Below are positions 43,150-48,793 of a DNA stretch of 48,793 bases, piece by piece. The stretch is taken from the NCBI GenBank assembly GCA_021811935.1, contig JAKAPW010000002.1, positions 1 through 48,793 on the forward strand, given 5' to 3'. A model generated the notes under the pieces. It ran no database searches and had not been told where the DNA came from. It saw only the letters and a program-made list of their open reading frames with translations. Each line of letters begins with the position of its first letter. Within the stretch, counting starts at the first letter, position 1. The position numbers and the translations under genes are program-made. The stretch comes from an archaeon (GTDB lineage: Archaea > Thermoproteota > Nitrososphaeria > Conexivisphaerales > DTJL01).

Positions 43150-43476
43150 TCGGCACCCCCCGCCGCCGCCGCTGCACGCAACCATGCGCTTCTAGCCAAT
43201 CGTGGCATCTACGACGGCTCTTGCCTTCGCCGCAAGGCGACCGGTGACCGGGGCTCGCCGACCGGAAATTCGAGACAGTTCGCCCGCAGGTCATCGAGGA
43301 CGGCCTGCTCCTCCGGGAACGGACGGCACCGTGCTGTAAGGGGCCCGCCGCGAGGGGGCCGCCGCGTCCGCCCGATTTGCGGGTCGTCGCCGAATATACA
43401 TCCGGGTCCTCGAAGGCGGTCATGCTCTCGGCAAATATGAAGGTCAGGAAAGCCGGCCACAGCGCGTGTAAGGCGC

Positions 43477-44025
43477 CTACCGCCCTTTGAGCAGGTCGGG
43501 ATGGCTCTTCCGCAGCTTCATCACCTTGGGGGCGATCACGGCACGGCAGTAGGGCTGCTGGGGGTTCGTGCGGAAGTAGTCCTTGTGGTAACCTTCCGCC
43601 GGGTAGAACGCTTCGAACGGCGCCACCTGCGTGACTATGGGGCCCGGCCAGGCGTTCGACGCCTCCAGCTCCCCGATCGCTTCAAGGGCGACGCGCCTCT
43701 GCTCGTCGTCATGGAAGAACACGACGGACCTGTACTGGGCCCCGACGTCCGCCCCCTGCCTGTCGGCCGTCGTGGGGTCGTGGATGCTGAAGAAGACGTC
43801 GAGCAGGTCCCTGAAGCCTATGGCCGACGGGTCGAAGGTCACCCGGCACACCTCGGCGTGGCCCGTCTCTCCCGTGCACACCTGCTCGTAGGTGGGCGCG
43901 GCCACCTTCCCTCCGGAGTATCCCGGCTCGACCTTCTCCACCCCCTTCAGCTCGCCGAAGGCCGCCTCGGTGCACCAGAAGCACCCTGCCCCGAACGTCG
44001 CCAGCCGTAGCCCCTCCGCGTCCAT
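43477..44025 (-). CDS. msrA: Peptide methionine-S-sulfoxide reductase MsrA
   Basis: Active site GAGCFWC, then GYSGG, GHAEV and QYRS motifs. Confidence 0.95.
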   Translation of the reverse strand: MDAEGLRLATFGAGCFWCTEAAFGELKGVEKVEPGYSGGKVAAPTYEQVCTGETGHAEVCRVTFDPSAIGFRDLLDVFFSIHDPTTADRQGADVGAQYRSVVFFHDDEQRRVALEAIGELEASNAWPGPIVTQVAPFEAFYPAEGYHKDYFRTNPQQPYCRAVIAPKVMKLRKSHPDLLKGR

Positions 44026-44149
44026 GGTCCACCGGCAGGCCGGCCGCCGGTATAAACCGTGTGCGACATCTGCCGCCGCACGTCCGACCGCGACTGTTCA
44101 CTTTTCTCCACATTAACTGGACGGTTGTTCGCCTTTTGAAGCCGAATGG

Positions 44150-44157
44150 TTTATAAA
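44150..44157 (+). promoter_or_regulatory. TATA box upstream of amt
   Basis: TTTATAAA (within the palindromic GGTTTATAAAC) ends 24 nt before the TTG at 44181. Confidence 0.5.
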
Positions 44158-44180
44158 CGTACCTAAAATAGTCTCCCGAC

Positions 44181-45572
44181 TTGTTGGTCATAAGCTCCGG
44201 CGACACGGCCTGGGTACTGGCCTCCGCGGCGCTGGTGATGATAATGACGCCCGCGCTCGGGTTCTTCTACGGGGGGCTCGTCGGCAGGAAGAACGCCCTC
44301 GCCGTGATGGGCCAGAGCTTCGTCGTCCTCTGCATCGTGAGCGTCCAGTGGGTGCTGCTCGGCTATTCCCTCGCCTTCGGGCCCGACGCGTTCCACGGCC
44401 TCATAGGCGGCCTCTCCTTCGCGGGCCTGAACGGGGTCGGCGCGGCGCCTGACCCTGCCTATGCGCCGACGATACCCGCTGCCGCGTTCATGATCTTCCA
44501 GGCGATGTTCGCGATCATCACGCCCGCCCTGATCACCGGCGCCCTGGTGGGCAGGATGAAGTTCTCGGCGTTCGTCGCGTTCGTCGTGCTCTGGGCGACC
44601 TTCGTCTACGACCCCATCGCGCACTGGGTCTGGGGGCAGGGCGGGTGGCTCCATTCCATGGGCATACTGGACTTCGCCGGCGGGACGGTGGTGCACATCA
44701 GCTCGGGTGTCGCCGCGCTGGCCGCGGCGCTGGTGCTCGGCCCCCGCCTGGGCTTCAAGAAGGTGGGGCTCGAGCCGCACAACGCCACATACGTCCTCCT
44801 CGGCGCCTCCCTTCTGTGGTTCGGCTGGTTCGGCTTCAACGCCGGCTCGGCCGTCGCCGCGGGCGCGCTCGCCACCAACGCATTCATGACCACGAACACC
44901 GCCACGGCGGCCGCCGCGCTTTCGTGGATGGCCATGACGTGGAAGTTCTCCGGGAAGCCGAGCATGCTGGGCGCGGCGTCCGGCGCCGTCGCGGGGCTGG
45001 TCGCCATAACCCCGGCGTCCGGGTTCGTCGACGTCTGGGGGGCCCTGGCCATAGGCGTCCTGGCGGGGGTCTTCTGCTTCTTCGCGGTCGGCTGGAGGAA
45101 CAGGACCAGGGTGGACGACACCCTCGACGCGTGGGGCGTGCACGGCGTAGGGGGGACCTGGGGGGCCCTGGCCACGGGGCTCTTCGCCACCACGCTCGCC
45201 AATCCCGCCGGAGCCAACGGGCTGTTCTATGGCAATCCGGGGCAGCTGCTCATCCAGTCGGTGGGCGTGGGCGCCTCGTGGCTCTACTCCTTCGTCATGA
45301 CGATAGCGATAATGAAGCTGATAGACATGGCGATGGGCCTCAGGGTGGACGAAAAGGAAGAGGAGGAGGGGCTGGACGTGTCGCAGCACGGGGAAAGGGC
45401 GTATTCGGTGGCGGAGTTCACCCGGACGGGCGACGCGCCCGTCCCCCACAGGCTGGAGCTCGCGATAAAGGACTCCGACAGGGAGCTGGTGGCGGAACTA
45501 ATCCGGCAGAGCGGCTCCCTCCTCGTCAGCCCGAAGGAGGGAAGGATAATAGTCAGGGAAGAAGACGGATAG
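44181..45572 (+). CDS. amt: Ammonium transporter (Amt family) with an extended C-terminal tail
   Basis: GDTAWVLASAALVMIMTPALGFFYGGLV, DFAGGTVVHISSG, WFGWFGFNAGS and HGVGGTWG motifs. TTG start. Confidence 0.95.
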   Translation: MLVISSGDTAWVLASAALVMIMTPALGFFYGGLVGRKNALAVMGQSFVVLCIVSVQWVLLGYSLAFGPDAFHGLIGGLSFAGLNGVGAAPDPAYAPTIPAAAFMIFQAMFAIITPALITGALVGRMKFSAFVAFVVLWATFVYDPIAHWVWGQGGWLHSMGILDFAGGTVVHISSGVAALAAALVLGPRLGFKKVGLEPHNATYVLLGASLLWFGWFGFNAGSAVAAGALATNAFMTTNTATAAAALSWMAMTWKFSGKPSMLGAASGAVAGLVAITPASGFVDVWGALAIGVLAGVFCFFAVGWRNRTRVDDTLDAWGVHGVGGTWGALATGLFATTLANPAGANGLFYGNPGQLLIQSVGVGASWLYSFVMTIAIMKLIDMAMGLRVDEKEEEEGLDVSQHGERAYSVAEFTRTGDAPVPHRLELAIKDSDRELVAELIRQSGSLLVSPKEGRIIVREEDG

Positions 45573-45580
45573 CCCGCTCG

Positions 45581-45925
45581 ATGAAGAAGATAGAAGCCGT
45601 CATCAGGAAGGAAAGATTCCCGGCAGTGGACGTCTCCCTGAAGAGGATAGGCATAGGAGGCCTCACCGTCTACGACGTGAGAGGAAGGGGCAGGTCGAAA
45701 GGGAGCACCATGGTGGTCGCGAGGGGGACCGGCATGTACCAGGAGGAATACCTGGAGAGGATAAAGCTCGAGATAATCGTGAAGGACAGGGACGTGGAGA
45801 AGGTGGTGGAGTCCATCATCAGCAACGCGACCACAGACTCGGTCGGGGACGGAAAGATATTCGTCTCGCCCATAGACAGGGTCATCGACATAGGGTCCAA
45901 CGCGGAGGACGAGACCGCCATATGA
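45581..45925 (+). CDS. glnK: PII nitrogen regulatory protein GlnK
   Basis: MKKIEAVIRKERF..., GGLTVYDVRGRG and DGKIFVSPI motifs. Immediately downstream of amt. Confidence 0.9.
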   Translation: MKKIEAVIRKERFPAVDVSLKRIGIGGLTVYDVRGRGRSKGSTMVVARGTGMYQEEYLERIKLEIIVKDRDVEKVVESIISNATTDSVGDGKIFVSPIDRVIDIGSNAEDETAI

Positions 45926-45932
45926 AGGCGCG

Positions 45933-46145
45933 TCACTCCGTCTGGTAGAAGGAGACCAGCCTGACCCTCTTTCCGTCTTCGTAGACGTAGAGGTCGGCGC
46001 CCGCCTCGTCCGCCGTCTGCTTGTGGGAGCCGTCGCAGTAAGGCTTGTTCTTCGAGAGGCCACATGCGCACATGTACAGCGCCTCCCCTTCCTTCGCCTT
46101 CACCACGTACGGCCTGTTCCTGTCGTGCCGAACCAATCTTGCCAA
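45933..46145 (-). CDS. CDGSH iron-sulfur domain protein
   Basis: [17 protein letters not shown] signature; 70 aa. Confidence 0.85.
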   Translation of the reverse strand: MARLVRHDRNRPYVVKAKEGEALYMCACGLSKNKPYCDGSHKQTADEAGADLYVYEDGKRVRLVSFYQTE

Positions 46146-46172
46146 CGTTTCACCTCCTCTATGCTTACTTCT

Positions 46173-46246
46173 GGTTACCAGCTGACATGAGGTAACTTTA
46201 TATGTGTTATCTTACATCTGCGATAGCCGGTAAGGTGGCGGTAACC
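46173..46246. promoter_or_regulatory. Intergenic control region with GGTTACC/GGTAAC(C) repeats around a TATA element (46197-46204)
   Basis: GGTTACC at 46173-79, GGTAAC at 46191-96, TTTATATG at 46197-204, GGTAAG at 46229-34, and GGTAACC at 46240-46 directly abutting the hxlR ATG. Confidence 0.35.
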
Positions 46247-46564
46247 ATGGCTACCGGGGACGGGTGGTGCCCCATCACGAGGGCATCCGAACTGATAGGC
46301 AGGAAATGGTACCCCGTGATAATAGACAGGCTGCTGGACGGCCCCAAGAGGTTCGGGGAGATCGAAAGGATGATACCGGGCATCTCGGCCAAGGTGCTGT
46401 CCGATTCGCTGGAGGAGCTGGAGAGGGAACGGATAGTGACGAGGAGGGTCAGGCCGACGAGGCCGATCCTCATCACGTACGGGCTGACGCAGAAGGGCGC
46501 CGGCCTGCGCGCGGTCCTGGCGGCGATGAGGGAATGGGGGGAGAGGTGGCTCACAGCGGAGTGA
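46247..46564 (+). CDS. hxlR: HxlR-family (MarR-like winged-helix) transcriptional regulator
   Basis: CPITRASELIGRKWYPVIIDRLLDGPKRFGEIERMIPGISAKVLSDSLEELERERIV.R. The start is set at MATGDGW because the longer ORF would begin inside the TATA element. Confidence 0.85.
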   Translation: MATGDGWCPITRASELIGRKWYPVIIDRLLDGPKRFGEIERMIPGISAKVLSDSLEELERERIVTRRVRPTRPILITYGLTQKGAGLRAVLAAMREWGERWLTAE

Positions 46565-46571
46565 CGGCCGG

Positions 46572-47225
46572 TCACGAAGTGGGGGGCTGCTGCAGAGCGA
46601 GAAAGACCTGGTCCAGGAAGGCGGCCTCCGGATAGGCCCCCTCGAACGACACTGTCTCGTTTATCACGACCTTCGGGACGGCCATGACGCCGTACCGGTT
46701 GGCCATGTGGGGGAACTCGGTCGCCTCCACCATGTCCGCCCTGATGGCCGGGTTCTCCATGGCGAACTGGTGGGCCAGCCTCACCGCCCTCGGGCAGTAG
46801 GGACAGGTGGGCGTGACGAAGACCTGTATGTGGACCGGCTTCGATATGGCCTTCAGGCGCTCCCTGGAGGCGGGGGACAGGTCGGTGGCGCGCCGGGACG
46901 CGTCTATCAAGTCGTCCAGGAGGCTGGAGAATTCGTATCCCGAGGGGACGCCGAAGTACCTGACGTTGCGGTTCCCGTCGACCACCGTGGCGGGTATGTT
47001 TGCCACCCCGAACTCCCTGGCCCTGTCCGCGTCCCTGGCCATGTCGTAGACTTCGACCTTGACCTTGTCGGAGAGCGAGGCGAGCTCCTCCATCAGCTCC
47101 CTGTTCTCCCTGCAGTAGTCGCATTCGAACTCCTGCGTGAAGACGACCAGCTTCACCTCGTCCTTCATCCGCTTTGAGAGCAGGTCGGCCACGCGGGGCC
47201 TTGTTTCGTCGTCTATCAGAGGCAT
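46572..47225 (-). CDS. Protein disulfide oxidoreductase (two thioredoxin folds; glutaredoxin-like, PDO type)
   Basis: Two redox motifs, CDYC (N-unit) and CPYC (C-unit). Length and layout resemble archaeal PDO. Confidence 0.85.
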   Translation of the reverse strand: MPLIDDETRPRVADLLSKRMKDEVKLVVFTQEFECDYCRENRELMEELASLSDKVKVEVYDMARDADRAREFGVANIPATVVDGNRNVRYFGVPSGYEFSSLLDDLIDASRRATDLSPASRERLKAISKPVHIQVFVTPTCPYCPRAVRLAHQFAMENPAIRADMVEATEFPHMANRYGVMAVPKVVINETVSFEGAYPEAAFLDQVFLALQQPPTS

Positions 47226-47275
47226 GGGCCCGGTAGGTGGTCACCTGTTTATGTGTCTGCCTCAGGTTCCGCGGT

Positions 47276-48793
47276 TCAGCCCATCACCGGGATGAACCTG
47301 TCCTCGCCGGCGGACCTGCTCAGGGGGCCCACCACCGGCGTCTTGTATCCGCAGGAGTTGCACCTGTTCTTCCGGTCCAGGTCGTACTTCAATATGTAGT
47401 AGCCGTGCCTCTTCACCAGCACCTTCCCGCAGCCGGGGCAGTAGGTGCTCTCCGCGGGGTGGCCCGGGACGTTCCCGATGTAGACGTACCGCAGCCCCGC
47501 CTCCCTTGCCACTTCGTAATGCCTTTCGAGCGTCTCGACGGGGGTCGCGGGCAGGTTCATCAGCTTGTAGTCCGGGTGGAACCTCAGGAAATGGACCGGC
47601 GTGTCCGGCCCCAGGTTGTCGTATACCCAGCTGGAGAGCTTCTTCGCCTCCCCCAGGTCGTCGCCGATCTGGGGGACTATCAGGTCGGTTATCTCGATGT
47701 GTACCTTGGTCCTGTCCCGCAACTCCAGCAGCGTGTTGAAGATAGGCTGCGCGTCGGGGATGCCTATGTACCTCCTGACGAAGCCCGTCTCCCCGCTCCC
47801 CTTGAAGTCGACGGTTATGCAGTCCAGGAAGTCCTTCATCGCGCCCACGGTCTCCGGCGTGTCGTACCCGTTCGAGACGAAGATGTTGAACAGCCCCTTT
47901 TCGCGCGCAAGCCTTCCGACGTCGCTGGCGTATTCGATGAAGATGGTGGGCTGGTTGTAGGTGTACGCTATCCCTTCGCATCCCCTGGAGGCGGCGAGGC
48001 TCACTATGTCCTGCGGCTCGTGCTCTTCGCCCTCGACCTTCCTCCTCTGGCTTATGTCGTAGTTCTGACAGTACCCGCAATTGTGCACCAGTACGCCGTC
48101 GGCGACGTAGGAGTGGTCAGGGATGCACTCGAAGCTGTACACCTTTTCGAACCGGTCCGTCTCCCCGACCCCGCTCACGACGACCCACTGCCTCCTGTTC
48201 GTCAAGACGGGAGTCTCGACGTTTTCCAGTATCAACGCCTTCACCTCCTCTGGATGATCGAAAAGATATGATTCCGGAACCCGGATGACCCTCCAGCCGT
48301 TCAGGTCGAGCGTCCGGTCCTGTTCCTTGACGTCGCTGGAATGCCACCGGCCGTCGACCTCTATGGCCAGCTTGAGTTCCGGGACGGCGGCGTCGGCCGG
48401 ATAATGGTCCTTGGAACCCGGCATCCTTCTCTCCGGGACGATCCCGTACCCTTTTTCATATCGGACGCCGGACTCGTCGAGCAGCCGATAGAGCATTCCT
48501 TCCGATGGGCGCCCGTGGGGCGGTGACCGCGGAGTTGAGATGCTACCATGCCATACATGGCCCTGGTCCGCAGGGAATCTGGCCCTGCCGCTCGCCAACG
48601 CCCGCCGCGCAGCTTCCGGGTCGCGCATCCGGTTCTTGCCCTCCGTCCTGAGGCCGTATCTTGCGACGGCCGGCCCTTCCGGGCCGCGCGCGTAGCACTT
48701 CCCGCGATGCCTGTTCCACTCCGGAAGTCCGACTACCTCCTCCCCGCAGCTTCTGCAATGGAACACGGCGCGCGAAACCGAAGGAGCTGAGAT
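47276..48793 (-). CDS. AmmeMemoRadiSam-system radical SAM enzyme (PflA-like), interrupted by an intein; 5' end beyond the window
   Basis: The C-extein is CGYCQNYDISQ...GIAYTYNQPTIFIEY...VSNGY...VDFKG...CPGCG...CNSCG. The reading frame is open to nt 48793. Confidence 0.85.
   Translation of the reverse strand: MSAPSVSRAVFHCRSCGEEVVGLPEWNRHRGKCYARGPEGPAVARYGLRTEGKNRMRDPEAARRALASGRARFPADQGHVWHGSISTPRSPPHGRPSEGMLYRLLDESGVRYEKGYGIVPERRMPGSKDHYPADAAVPELKLAIEVDGRWHSSDVKEQDRTLDLNGWRVIRVPESYLFDHPEEVKALILENVETPVLTNRRQWVVVSGVGETDRFEKVYSFECIPDHSYVADGVLVHNCGYCQNYDISQRRKVEGEEHEPQDIVSLAASRGCEGIAYTYNQPTIFIEYASDVGRLAREKGLFNIFVSNGYDTPETVGAMKDFLDCITVDFKGSGETGFVRRYIGIPDAQPIFNTLLELRDRTKVHIEITDLIVPQIGDDLGEAKKLSSWVYDNLGPDTPVHFLRFHPDYKLMNLPATPVETLERHYEVAREAGLRYVYIGNVPGHPAESTYCPGCGKVLVKRHGYYILKYDLDRKNRCNSCGYKTPVVGPLSRSAGEDRFIPVMG
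48080..48793 (-). mobile_element. C-terminal >=238 aa of an intein carrying a DUF559/Vsr-like (PD-(D/E)xK) endonuclease domain
   Basis: Block F/G is VYSFECIPDHSYVADGVLVHN, followed by Cys (CGYCQN). The internal segment is LYRLLDESGVRYEKGYGIV...YPADAAVPELKLAIEVDGRWHSSDVKEQDRTLDLNGWRVIRV. The N-terminal splicing blocks lie outside the window. Confidence 0.7.

Noticed and set aside
44163-45580. Long ORFs overlapping amt (44163..45449 minus; the upstream part of 44645..45925 plus).
   Set aside because: These are off-frame or antisense artefacts. Only 44181..45572 (Amt motifs) and 45581..45925 (GlnK) are supported.
1-48793. Search for CRISPR arrays, rRNA genes, IS elements with terminal inverted repeats, or long tandem repeats.
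   Set aside because: No regularly spaced direct repeats, rRNA-like segments or transposase ORFs were seen by eye. The only mobile-element traces are the three inteins and the integrase remnant. A computational repeat scan would be needed to exclude short or degenerate arrays.

Overview
GC-rich archaeal chromosomal segment. Hand counts on 60-nt samples give 62-72% G+C in the flanks. All calls rest on reading the supplied translations and the DNA by eye; no searches were run.

Main blocks, left to right:
- 1-9.8 kb, housekeeping and redox genes: ETF alpha (cut by the window edge), a FixC-FixX fusion, Fe/Mn superoxide dismutase, a NUDIX hydrolase, a NitT/TauT-type ABC transporter with a detached AAA-associated domain gene, a divergent LarA-like protein, RimI and ATP-dependent DNA ligase.
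- 9.8-16.5 kb, a complete archaeal type IV pilus-like locus: secretion ATPase, a 558-aa Tyr/Ser/Thr/Pro-rich class-III-signal-like protein, two small pilin-like proteins, a FlaJ/TadC-like platform and a divergent A24 prepilin peptidase.
- 16.5-26.3 kb: pdxST, a VIT1 transporter, a secreted N-glycosylation-sequon-rich protein, hpt, guaA, lrp, carbamate kinase, and a two-gene unit coding an HExxH protein plus a nucleotidyltransferase-kinase fusion.
- 26.3-35.0 kb, the conserved archaeal information-processing cluster on the minus strand: L7Ae, S28e, L24e, Ndk, aIF5B, S6e, aIF2-gamma, PIN, Rpo7/RpoE', Spt4, GTP-dependent dephospho-CoA kinase, S24e, S27ae.
- 35.1 kb: tRNA-Arg(CCT).
- 35.2-43.15 kb, a low-GC stretch (40-53% in samples): integrase remnant, vapBC, hflX and a thermosome gene.
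- 43.5-48.8 kb: msrA, amt-glnK, a CDGSH protein, hxlR, a protein disulfide oxidoreductase and a radical SAM gene that runs off the window.

Most notable observations:
- Three inteins sit in catalytic loops. aIF2-gamma and aIF5B each carry one at the identical P-loop position. The AmmeMemoRadiSam-type radical SAM enzyme carries one inside its CX3CX2C motif, with a DUF559/Vsr-like rather than LAGLIDADG endonuclease domain.
- tRNA-Arg(CCT) has a 32-nt non-canonical D-loop intron with a bulge-helix-bulge-like fold.
- The low-GC stretch is bounded by degenerate copies of the tRNA 3' end.
- The pilus-like locus contains an uncharacterised large component.

No CRISPR array, rRNA gene or intact transposase was seen.
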